A stretch of DNA of 64,000 nucleotides from Octopus vulgaris (taxonomy: Eukaryota): contig OX597814.1 in the NCBI GenBank assembly GCA_951406725.2, forward strand, positions 15,438,001 to 15,502,000. The letters are read 5' to 3'. The notes beneath the pieces were generated by a model. The model was not told where the DNA came from. It made no database searches and was given only the letters and a program-made list of their open reading frames with translations. Of this stretch, positions 14,116-26,469 are shown piece by piece. The position numbers were made by a program, and so were the translations under genes. Positions within the stretch are counted from its first letter, which is position 1, and each line of letters opens with the position of its first letter.

Positions 14116-14510
14116 TCTCTTACTCTGTTACTTGTTTCAGTCATTTGACTGCGGCCATGCTGGAGCACCGCCTTTAATCGAGCTACTCGACCCTGGGACT
14201 TATTCTTTTGTAAGCCCAGTACTTATTCTATCGGTCTCTTTTGTTAAACCGCTAAGAAACAGGAACATAAACACACCAGCATCGGTTGTCAAGCAATGCT
14301 AGGGGACAAACACAGACACACAAACACATACACGGATATATATACATATATACGACGGGCTTCTTTCAGTTTCCGTCTACCAAATCCACTCACAAGGAAT
14401 TGGTCGGCACAGGGCTATAGCAGAAGACACTTGCCCAAGATGCCACGCAGTGGGACTGAACCTGAAACTATGTGGTTGGTTAGCAAGCTACTTACCACAC
14501 AGCCACTCCT
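14113..14510 (-). mobile_element. SINE family C
   Basis: Full reverse-complement copy; an older copy follows at 14618-14965 (-). Confidence 0.92.
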
Positions 14511-16284
14511 ATATATATATATATATATATATCTACGTATATGTTAAATGACTGCAGTAATCTCTCGAATATCGCGGTTCAGGTAAACACATTCAGATGC
14601 ATAATCGTGAGATTACGCTTTTACTTGTTTCAGTCATTATACTGCGGCCATACTGGGGCATCGCCTTGAATTTTTAGTCGAATGAATCGACGGCAGTACT
14701 TATTTTTTAAACCTGGTACTTATTCTATCGGTCTCTATTGCCAAACCACTAAGTTACGGGGAGGCATAAACGCACCAACGCCGCTTGTTAAGTGGTGACG
14801 GACACACACACATATACGGCGGGCTTCTTTCAGTTCCCGTCTACTAAATCCACTCACAAGGCTTTGGTCGGCCTGAGGCTATGGTAGAAGATACTTGCCC
14901 AAGGTGCCACGCAATGGGACTGAACCCATAGCCATTTGGTTGGTAAGTAAGCATCTTACCACACAATAACGACTAGTCACTACATAAACCACTTCAAAAT
15001 AATCATAACTTATCCAACTTAAACATTATTCTTAGAGCAGTTCTTATCGAGTATTCTAACCACTATGATAAAAACCATTTTTCCCCGGTTGTACACACAC
15101 GCCTTCTTTAATTTTCCCCGTGTACATCCCAAGTACCAATTAATTATGACTGCATGTTATCTATACTCAGAAAAATATGCTTCTTTCTCTATGGGCTGAA
15201 GGGAATGAAAATAGCCGAAAACAACCTATAAGCTGAGAAATTTAAAAGTTTATAATATAATAAAACTTTTATTTCTTCTATGCTTATAGGATATATATTT
15301 CTTTACTCTATATATTTCTTTACTTCCATGCTTATAGAATATATTAGAGATTCATAATTTCTGTTTCGTTATATCTCATTGAATACGCTCATCATCCCAA
15401 ACAATTATCTAATTATTTATAGGGGACCCGTCGAGAATATATGATTCTATTAGATAGAGTAAAACGAGCCTTTTGAGGTTCATGTGAGTTAGAGGGAGAC
15501 GCCTGGTAAGATCCAGAGATGCTCTGTATAGAAAACACGTAGTAGAGCTCAAATGATTTGCATTTACATTCCGAAATCTTTATCGAGGATTACAATCGCG
15601 TGTTAAAGATTGACTATATCAGGAATCCAGGCCATCTGATAAGGAGATAATGATGCAAATAAATAAGCACTCTTGGGCTTGATATATAAAATATACATAC
15701 ACACATGCATACGTACATACATACATACATACATACATACATACATACATACATACACGTAAAGATATATAGGGATATATAGACAGCAAGAAACAAAAGC
15801 TGAAAATATTCAGAAGAGGAATGTTCATGTATTTATATATTTTCGGAGCAGACTTATAAGGAATACCAGTAATAAAGAAAACTAAGAGGCGAGAACATGG
15901 TATTACAAGTCCGACAGTTATTTGTGGAGGCTGTGAATTACGTAACGATTGTAACTTTGGCAGAAGGAGTGTGTAAAAAAAATCAAGTATATGCAACTAT
16001 CTGCGTGTGTGAGTGTGTGTGTGTCTGTGTGTGTGTATGAGTGTTCATATGTATGCTCATCAGTTGCAGCCAATTTATAAAATATAGGGGAAGTAAAACT
16101 CCTGTTTTTTTTTGGGTTTTTTTTTATATTTCCACTCTGTCATCTTTATCCTAAAATAGAACAGTGTCCAAAATTTTCGATACTCTACTCCCAACACAGG
16201 TGCTAATTTTGTTACTCACACACACACACACACACACACACTCTCTCTCTCTCTCTCTCTCTTTCGCTATATGTGTGTTTATAT

Positions 16285-16377
<93 letters not shown>

Positions 16378-16390
16378 CACACACACATAC

Positions 16391-17449
16391 ACGAGGTTAT
16401 ATCAGAAGGTTCTCGTGTGCTAAATCTGGTGAATAGGATGGGTGCCGAGGCGATACCACGCTGTTTTGGGTGAGAAACGCACGAGTGAGGAGAGGACAAT
16501 GAAGAACCCAATTCTTCGCGCTCCATAGATCCAGTGACTTTCACCGAGTGTCCTTCTTCAAACACTTGTAAACGTCGCAGCAAATCTCTCGATTGACAGC
16601 TGGTGCTGGGGAAAAATTCTCGATGCACAGTATCACATTTCTGGGGAGGAGGAAGCACTCCGTCGGTTACGACGACGAGGGTTCCGGTTGATCCGAATCA
16701 ACGGAACAGCCTGCTCGTGAAATTAACGTGGAAGTGGCTGAGCACTCCACAGACACGTGTACCTTTAACGTAGTTCTCGGGGATATTCAGCGTGATACAG
16801 AGAGTGACAAGGCCGGCCAGCCGTTTGAAATACAGGTACAACAGAAACAGGAAGTAAGACTGAGAGAAAGTTGAGGTGAAAGAGTACAGCAGGGATCACC
16901 ACTATCCCCTGCCGGAGCCTCGTGGAGCTTTTAGGTGTTTTCGCTCAATAAACACTCACAACGCCCGGTCTGGGAATCGAAACCGCGATCCTACGACCAC
17001 GAATCCGCTGCCCTAACCACTGGGCCATTGCGCCTCCACACATTTCTGGGGTTGACACTCGTGACAGGTTTTCCAGATCGGTCATCATTTTCAAGGGATG
17101 TTCATTCGCTTTTAAAGTACACTTGTCACTCGAAACATTGAATGAGACCGATTTGCCTCGTCACCGTAAGCTTGTGAAAGCATGCATAATGTCTCAACGG
17201 CAGACAAGTTTATTACAAAATGTCACGTTGGCTCTTTGTTCCAACTTCTTATTCATGACAGAATCGCACAACCACACTATAGGCGTGATCACGATAGTAC
17301 AAATTTCATAACTTGCGAAATAAGTACTGCGATGTCACTCGGCACACTGCCTTATGAAAGTCAATGCTAGCTCTTATTGCGCACGCAACCATGTGCTACC
17401 ATCTGTTGGCGCGCAACAGACCTCATCCCGGAGCTTTTTGGTACCACCT
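16391..17449 (-). mobile_element. decayed, internally deleted mariner transposon split by a SINE
   Basis: Minus-strand fragments translate to DDRSGKPVTS (N-terminal region), VHREFFP and HPSYSPDLA (YSPDL motif); degenerate TIR-like ends. Confidence 0.8.
16647..17038 (-). mobile_element. SINE family A, full length
   Basis: Reverse complement of 3111-3499; 13-bp TSD CACATTTCTGGGG at 16634-16646 and 17039-17051. Confidence 0.95.
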
Positions 17450-17474
17450 ATATATATATATATATATATATATA

Positions 17475-17712
17475 TTTCTTCCCCCATTCCCTTCCGGTCA
17501 TTTCAATATGTGACCGCGTGTGTATCGTTGGCGATTTTCTTTCTCCGTCTTCCCTTCCTTGGACCTTTCGTTTTTCTATGTTTCTGACGAAGAGCTCCGC
17601 TCGAAAGTTTCAGTCATCCTACTTTCTTTCATTTCCTGAGCGTCCAATAACACTATATTTGTTGCACATCCTCGCATTGTTGTGTTTTCTCTTTGTTCAT
17701 GTTTGGATTAAC

Positions 17713-17716
<4 letters not shown>
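17475..17716 (+). mobile_element. PLE-type terminal remnant with decayed hammerhead core
   Basis: Between TA tracts; CTGACGA-A-GAGC-TCC-GCTC-GAAA at 17584-17606; stems I and III degenerate. Confidence 0.65.
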
Positions 17717-17764
<48 letters not shown>

Positions 17765-17769
17765 CACAT

Positions 17770-18007
17770 AAAGGGTGAGATATATAAATAATTTGATAAA
17801 ATCAATAAATTTCACCTAGTAGTATTTCGGTATGGAAAAAGACCATATTCGGTAAAAATTTATATAATTATAATAATAAGGTTTTTTTTGCAACAAGTTG
17901 CTTAAACCACATACCGAAAATATTAGAAGTAGACTGCTATTTCTAATATTTTCGGTATGTGGTTTAACCAACTTGTTGCAAACAACCCATATTCTTATAA
18001 TTATATA
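17770..18007. mobile_element. TA-nested fold-back element (imperfect ~72-bp inverted repeat)
   Basis: Arms 17861-17932 and 17937-18007 with 4-nt spacer. Confidence 0.75.
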
Positions 18008-18053
<46 letters not shown>

Positions 18054-18090
18054 AACTAATATGATTAATGCGTATATGCATATATATATA

Positions 18091-18220
18091 CAGGGTGTCC
18101 CAAAAAAATGTATACATATAGTGGTTCGGCAAAAGAGAACGATAGAATAAGTACTAGGCTTACAAAGAATAACAAATTTACAATTATTTAAGGTGTGTAT
18201 ACATTTTTTGGGACACCCTG
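18091..18220. mobile_element. Tc1/mariner-type MITE
   Basis: TIR CAGGGTGTCCCAAAAAAATGTATACA / TGTATACATTTTTTGGGACACCCTG, TA on both flanks. Confidence 0.88.
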
Positions 18221-18564
18221 TATATATATATATACATATATATGTGTGTGTGTGTGTGTGTGTGTCTGTGCTTCTGTGTGTTTATACATATAAGCATATG
18301 ACCGTGTAAACTTTCGTATGTTAACAAAGAGGTGTAAGGTGATTACTCAACACGATATAAAGTTTTATAATTTATTGGCAGCTGAAACTTCACAAAATGT
18401 TATACACCGATCTTCGGACACTTATGACGTTAGCAGTCTCGTTCAAGATCAAAGTAGTGATCTATGAAGTTTCATCTGCTAATAAATTATATGTATACAT
18501 ATACATACATATTTAGACTCAGACGCATACACGCGCATATACATAAAGGATATATATGTGTGTT

Positions 18565-18600
<36 letters not shown>

Positions 18601-18629
18601 AACACACACATATATATATACATATACAC

Positions 18630-18723
<94 letters not shown>

Positions 18724-20112
18724 TTATTAACATATATTTGTACAAGAGAACACAGTGTAAGAAATTGGTTGTAAGACGGCGAGGAAAGAGACATCACTTG
18801 AAAGAAAAAAAGAAAATTAAAAGGATGGAGTGAAGGTTAGGAAAGAGAGAGAAGACAAAAACAGAGGATGGGAAACGGGTGTGAGAAAAGGAGAACCCGA
18901 AGAGAGAGATGGAGTAATTATAAGGAGGGACGAAGACATTGAAAAAAAAAGGAATACAATATAACAAATTTAGATTGTGAAGGAAGGTTGTGTGTGTGTG
19001 AGTGTTTATAGGATTTGTGTGCTAGTGGCGGTTTGGCGTCTGTGCGCATGAGGTCGAGCTTCTGTATTTATACGCAGAATAAGAATACTAAAACTTAAAG
19101 AAAGGGAATATAGGAATATATAAGACGTAAAGAGATAGACCGGATCTATTATAAAGAGAGCAGAGAGAGACAGACTCACAGGTGATGAGAAAGATACGGA
19201 AAGAGAGGAAAGAAGAGAGAAGAAAGAGTAAGAGAGAGAGAGAGGAAGTGGGATGAAATGGGAGGGAAGGCAAAAGGTGATAAAGTAAATATAAAAAAGG
19301 TGTAATGAGCCAACCGAATGAAATGCTGAGAATGGAAGGAAGATAAAAGGGAAAGCTGGAAGATAAACCGTGAGATTATGGAAAGACGGAGAAAGTGTGG
19401 AAAAAGAGAAAAGGAAGGTGAATGAAGGTGATGGAAACGAAGAAAGGAAGAAGAAAATTAGGGAACATAAAGAGGAAATGAGAGAGCAATGAGAAAATTA
19501 GGAATGAAGGCAAAGACAGGAAGGTAAATAAAATCTTGGTGCAGATAGAAAGAGAGGGTGGGATAGATATAAGGGAAAGAGGAGAAAGAGAGAGAAAGAG
19601 AGAGGTTAAAAGAGAGAGGGAGGGGTTGGTTGGGAAATTTTCGGGAAGGTAGAAAAAGGCAAGAATAAAAGATGGACGTCTTTGACGAGAAGGATTTATT
19701 TTTTTTAATACGGGTGAGAGAGAGGGAAAGAGAGAGGGGCAGACAGATATAAAGAAAAGCAGAGGAGAGAGATAAATTATTTTAGGGAACATGATCAAAC
19801 GCACAGGGATGAGGAAGCTGAAGGTGCTAGCGGATGTTAGTGAAGTAATATATAAGGCGGCAAATGTCTGATTTCTGGGAGTGTTGGTGTTTATTCCGTC
19901 TCTGAACTCTGAGTTCAAAATAATTGAAGTCATTTTTGCGTTTTCATCCTTTGAGGATCGATAAATAAAAATATCTATCCTGCAACGGGATCGATTCATC
20001 ACTCCCTCTTTCTCCATACCTTCCCTCTCTTAATCTCTTTCAGTTTCTGTTGTATCTCTCTCTCTGGAAGAAGTCAACTGAGGTCAAATATAAATATACC
20101 AAAATTAAACCT

Positions 20113-20326
20113 ATTTCTTTATTACCCACAAGGGGCTAAACACAGAGGGGACAAACAAGGACAGACATAGGTATTAAGTCGATTACATCGACCCCAGTGC
20201 GTAACTGGTACTTAATTTATCGACCCCGAAAGGATGAAAGACAAAGTCGACCTCGGCGTAATTTAAACTCACAACGTAACGCAGACGAAATACCGGCGTG
20301 CTAACGTTTCTGCCAGCTCGCCGCCT
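20113..20326 (-). mobile_element. SINE family B
   Basis: Reverse-complement copy ending in CTGCCAGCTCGCCGCC. Confidence 0.9.
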
Positions 20327-21576
20327 TATTACCAAAATAATACCGTATGTCATGAAGACACCCCTATGGTACCACCAAGAGTTTAGGACTCGAAGCAAAG
20401 CAAATGAGGAAACGGAAGAGATGCTTATAAAACAGTAATACGTTAAAATAGTAATGGGGCACCAGACTAGGAAAAATAACGAGTGTTAAAATCATGTGTC
20501 AACAAAACTGATCCGATGCTCATCACATACAAGTAGGGTTTCACGTATGTAATAATTTCCGTCGTCATTATACATGTAATCAGTAGTCACAAAGTCCTTT
20601 AATTTGAATTTAAAAGAAATACACCGAGGAAGTGAGACAGCTCCAATAAAACCGGATAGTAGAAAAGTTAGGAAAATAAAGATTATGGAGATGCGAGTGG
20701 GTCATGATTTGAAATTCAATGAGCGAAGGTAATGGACAAGTTGTTTATGTTCTGAGCTCAAATTCAATCGAGGTCAATTTTGCCTTTCATCCTTTTGGGG
20801 TCGATAAAATAGTATCGGTTAATCGACTTACCTTGAACCCCGAAATTTTGGCCGTGTGCTAAAATTTGAAACCAATCTTAGAACAATTCAGCGAGGAATA
20901 GTTTACTCAACAGGTAAGATTAGAAAGGGCCAGTGTATATTTGCATACATATGCATGCACACGCACATATATTCAGAGAATACAGTAATGATATATTGGC
21001 AAATGGCATTACTTAGGGACTTGAATAGCAGCCAAACTTTTTTAACAATATACCCTACTGTCTTGTAAAAGGGAAAAAATGTGGAGACAGCATATCTAAA
21101 TAAAAGATGAGGTTTTCACAGCTGGAGTGACTTTGATGTATGGTCTGCTAAATTAGATCTTAGGTCTGAATTAGAAATAAAAAGAAACCAGCCTTCACAA
21201 TGACGGAGACATATAAAGTAACATACAATCAGATCGTAAATACCTCGTCCGATTCGACGACAAGTATTCAGTTTATTCGGTTGCTTGATCAGCTGATTTT
21301 GTTAAATTTTCATATACCTACAGTATAATTCTCAGGTTGTATCAGAGTAGGGCAGTATATAAGTTAGACAGAGAGAATCCAAGCGACAGTTTCCGTCAAC
21401 CTAATGGCAATCACTACACGGGTTAATCTGAGGCTATGACAAAAGGTGTTTTACCAAGAGACCGAACGGTTAGGAAGTTAGATGTCCCGGATTGAACCGG
21501 GACCAACGAACTTCTTACAGTTCGGCCATGCTTGTATCCACGCAGATTTGTAGACACATATATTTACACCCAACAT

Positions 21577-21883
21577 CAGCGGTTCTCAACCGGGTCCCTA
21601 TGATCTGTGGCACCATATAAAATTTTGTAGAAACCATGCAATAAAAGTAGCAGATCGGGGGTCTGTATAGTTGTTAAGAAACCAGGCGTATTTATTGCGG
21701 GAATCAACTATGCTTCATTCTCTAACGCTTTACGTTGTTCGCCAGGTTTCCGGGCACTTTACACGAGTGAATAAGGGAAAAGCAAAACAGGATTTTGAAA
21801 GAAAAACATGATATGCCTTGAGGTTCACCAGTGTATATAGTAATAAAAGGGGTCCATAGGTAAAATATCGTTGAGAACCATTG
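21577..21883. mobile_element. hAT (Charlie-like) MITE, old
   Basis: Termini CAGCGGTTCTCAAC / GTTGAGAACCATTG with internal GGGTCC motifs. Confidence 0.7.
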
Positions 21884-22847
21884 CTATACACCAATACTGA
21901 ACCATGAACCTGAAAACGCATAGCTGAATACAGAGACTCTCAATCACACAAACACCCACACAAAAGCAGATTTATATGCAGCCCCCATTCCCAGAGTAAA
22001 TACAGATATATGTGAACACACACACGCACATGCACACAAACAGTTTTACATAACCGACATAAAAACGGCAAATCCTGGTATAAATGCACACGTTCAAAAA
22101 TTCATACACACACGCATATGCATAAACGGCCCAAATACATATGTGAATATGAATATAGGTACACACATAAACTGATTCACCACACACAGACACATGCACG
22201 CACACACACACACACACAGGCGCACAAACATATACACAATACCATATTAAAACGATATCAACGTGGTTCCTTGACTTGCAAGAGATATCAAACAAATCTC
22301 ACCCAAATCATATCTTATCATCATAAACGAAGGGAAAAGACACAACGCAGTTTCTTTGATGTGCCAAATGATTAGAAAGTCATGCTTGGCGCGCCTTGGC
22401 AACTCAGTAAGCGCTAAGTTATATTCAACGTACAAATATATTACCCGGTATCAGAAAAGCGAATGCATGCACGTGGAATAACAATACACACAGGTACATA
22501 CACACACGCATATTCTCTTACTCTCCACTTCTCTCTTTCCAACATTCTTTTTTCTTCTATTTCGCTCACGCATAAATGCGGCAAGTCAAGCAACAGACTC
22601 GCTCATAAAACATTCACACATACACACACAAAGACACAAACACACACAAACGAACGCACAGACATACGCACACACACGCAAAAAACCGCGCGCTGAAACG
22701 CACACAAATATTTGTGCCTGTTTAATAAGTACATCAGAGGAATATGATTTATATCAAGAAATAAGAAAGGATAAAAGTGATGGATGTATATATATACATC
22801 CATCCGTACATACATACACTCGTATGTATGTATATATATATCTATGC

Positions 22848-22849
<2 letters not shown>

Positions 22850-22900
<51 letters not shown>

Positions 22901-22930
22901 CACATATATATTCATATCTATACATATTTG

Positions 22931-22972
<42 letters not shown>

Positions 22973-23251
22973 AATATATATAATATACATATATATATAT
23001 ATATGTATATAGATATATATACTTATATATACATACTTATATATATATACATGTATATATACATATATATACATAATATATATACATATATATGTACATA
23101 CATATATATGCATATATATGTACATACGTATATATACATATATATGAACATACATATATATACATACATATGTATACATATATATATAGACATATATATA
23201 TATATATATATATACATATATATATACATATGTATATATACTTATAAATAC

Positions 23252-23294
<43 letters not shown>

Positions 23295-23437
23295 CGTTTA
23301 TATACTTATATATACATATATATATATGTATATATACTAATATATACATATATACATATATATATATATGTGTATATATACTTATATATATATATACATA
23401 CATATATATATGTGTATATATACTTATATATATATAT

Positions 23438-23494
<57 letters not shown>
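22850..23494. repeat. long degenerate (TA)n tract
   Basis: Direct reading. Confidence 0.97.
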
Positions 23495-23495
<1 letters not shown>

Positions 23496-23570
23496 TTGCC
23501 CATATATACATATCATGATAGATCGTTACCCATTACACACATTTTTTTCTCTCTTTGTTTTTCTGTGTCC

Positions 23571-23606
23571 CTTTCTGTAGAGGAGCGTAGGCTCGAAACG
23601 TAAAAG
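23571..23606 (+). ncRNA. minimal type I hammerhead ribozyme, A6U variant, in a PLE-type remnant (~23515-23670)
   Basis: Stem I CTTT/AAAG, core CTGTAGA, stem II GAGC-GTAG-GCTC, GAAA, palindromic stem III ACGT, triplet GTA. Confidence 0.65.
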
Positions 23607-23703
23607 ACTTTTCTATTCCTGTGCGTTATAATAATACATCTGTTTGTTTTGTACACCACCTGTCTTTCGTACACACACACACACACTCTCTCTCTCTCTC
23701 TCT

Positions 23704-23752
<49 letters not shown>

Positions 23753-23854
23753 GGAGTAAACACATAAATGTGAAACAAGGTGGAAAAAAGAGTACTCAAA
23801 TACCAGTGGTAGAGTAATATGCTTTATTTTAAGCAGCAGAAAATTCAACAAAAT

Positions 23855-23892
23855 CTGTTACTCTGAGTTTCTCGTTGCCGTTCATCAGACAG
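23855..23892 (-). ncRNA. minimal type I hammerhead ribozyme (inverted identical copy)
   Basis: Exact reverse complement of 23904-23941 within the palindrome 23822-23974. Confidence 0.8.
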
Positions 23893-23903
23893 TTTAGCAA
23901 AAA

Positions 23904-23941
23904 CTGTCTGATGAACGGCAACGAGAAACTCAGAGTAACAG
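23904..23941 (+). ncRNA. minimal type I hammerhead ribozyme
   Basis: CTGT-CTGATGA-A-CG-GCAA-CG-A-GAAA-CTC-A-GAG-TA-ACAG; predicted cleavage after 23937 (GUA). Confidence 0.8.
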
Positions 23942-23974
23942 ATTTTGTTGAATTTTCTGCTGCTTAAAATAAAG

Positions 23975-24012
<38 letters not shown>

Positions 24013-24421
24013 CATATATATATATATATACACACACACATATATATATACACAGAGCCACATATATACATATACACATATAGATATACACACATATATA
24101 TATACATATATATATGTACATGCATATTTGTGTGTAAACATATACATTCATTTATATGTACTCATTTTCATACACACACACACACATATATATATATATA
24201 ATCTTTACATTTACATATATATAAACTTATATGCATGTATGCTTTTATATATCTCTCTAATTAACCATCTCCATATAAACTATATCACACCTCACACGCC
24301 AATTTAAAATCGTAAAGGAATCCAAAACTCACTGAAGGACATCCACTATATATACAACACATTGCAACCTTCTTATTAATTGCCTTTTTTCCCCAATTCT
24401 TTCTATCACTTGCTTCTCTCG

Positions 24422-24476
<55 letters not shown>

Positions 24477-24884
24477 TCTCTCACTCTCCCTCACCGTGTT
24501 TATCTCAATAATGCATGACCGACTACTTAAACTACAATAACGTTTCCCTATAAATCAACAATTTGCTCTTAAGAAATTATCTCTGCTTGCCTCTGTCCTC
24601 ATTCTTCTCATCTTTATCACCATCATTGTCATCACTATCGTCATCGTCAAAGCAGTAGCAGCATCAACGACGGTCAATAATAACAATAAAAATATAAATA
24701 TTATTATTATTATTATTAATATTATTGGCAGATTAATAATAATAATAATAATCATAATAATAATAATAATAATAATGATAATAATAATGAGTGATCACCA
24801 ACAAGGCCTTAAAATCTATTGAGGTTAACGATTAATTCTATACTGTACTGGAACACTGCCTATCTAACAATAACATAACAGGGA

Positions 24885-25070
24885 GAAGAAATTATTGAAA
24901 CAAGAGACTAACCTCGAGTGTAATCTATGCAACGAAGACAATAAAACCATTAGCCGGGTGATTTGTAACTGCGCAGTCCTTGCAAAATCCACTCTTTAGC
25001 GAGTTTAACCAGAGATACGATTAAGTTGGCTTCTATATTTATCGAGCAATAAGCTGATAGTTTGAAGTAA
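24885..25070 (+). mobile_element. highly decayed R4/Dong LINE fragment (zinc-knuckle region)
   Basis: Translates to ECNLCNEDNKTISRVICNCAVLAK..FNQRYD, resembling CxxC..TI.HI..C..LA..RHD; follows a (TAA)n tract. Confidence 0.5.
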
Positions 25071-26469
25071 AATCCTACCCGTTAATGATATGTCTGTGAT
25101 ATTCTTGTCCCAGATATGCCATGGGAATCAAAGCGAATCATTTTGATGATAATATGAAGAACAGGAGTCAATTATCTTCTCTCCGATGCACATCTTGATT
25201 TCCTCTGACTAATACCTCGCTCGAACAAAAATCGAGAATCGAGAATCACTGAATGTATGTAAAATGAAAAGGAAAAAAAAAACAATGATACCAATAGCAA
25301 GTGGAACACAAGATATAAGAAAGAATAAAGTGAACAAAACGATTTTGTTATCATTTTATATTCACTTGTCTGATATTATAAGTCCATCAGTCTTGTTCTT
25401 TATATGTTCCTTTACATTTTAAACACCTCTGAAGAGTATCCACTCATTTCACAAATAAATATGTATCGCAGTAAATCGAAGTCTTTCAAATTACTTTATT
25501 ATATATATATCACATATGTGATGGCCCACTGTATTGGACCGTCCCTCAAATCTTTGCCGCAGCCATTTTGTTGATATGCATCATCAGCGTCAACATCTTC
25601 TGTCTATTTCTTTATATGATGATTACTTATAAATCTTGCATCTGAATAAAATAGGCTTGCTGAGGAGATGCAATAATGAATAATACTTTAAAGCCAACTG
25701 CTTTCAACAGTTTGCTTTAAAGACAATATTGACTTCGTCCATCTGCATCGTCTTTATTTCCCAAAGTTTTCAATGGGTTGATTTTATATCTGTTATCACC
25801 GGCATTCTTTTTAGCTTCTAAGCAACCCTATAACAAAGCAAACATCACTATACAAGGAGCACATATTCTAAATGATTACAACGCAATAATATAACACAAT
25901 CCACTCACCATATATTCTATACATGTTCTATCCAATAAAATGACATTTAACTTACTCCCTGATAAACGACAGACGATATTATAATACATCCGCGAATCAC
26001 CAAGCTGCATTTCACTCAATTGCTATTTAATGATGTAATACCACACGTGACCACTTAGAAAAAGCAGTAAAATCCTTCCTCGAATCATAACCTGTAATCT
26101 TATAAAAGAAATAACAGGTTGGATAATATAGTTGTAGATTTATCTATAAAGACGGGATGGTCAGGTTTAGAATGCTTTCGATCTTAGATTGACCTGAAGT
26201 TAGACAACGAGAATCACAATCAACACAGCCGACAGCACAGAATATATATTCCACACGTGTGGTACGTCAAAGAAGATACCAAGGTTTTGGCTGCGTGTTG
26301 TAAAAGGCAGCGAAAACATGCTGAGTTACGATTTTCACTCCAGCCTCGTAAAATCCTCAGCAACAACAACAACACAAAATAGAGCCATGGGTTGTTGGTG
26401 GTGGGGGTTGTCACCTGAGTGGTATCATCTGCCCGGAATAGGGAATCATCCACAAATGGTGGACGCTTT

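Noticed and set aside
19376-20017. 213-aa minus-strand ORF
   Set aside because: Derived from purine-rich low-complexity DNA plus a decayed SINE.
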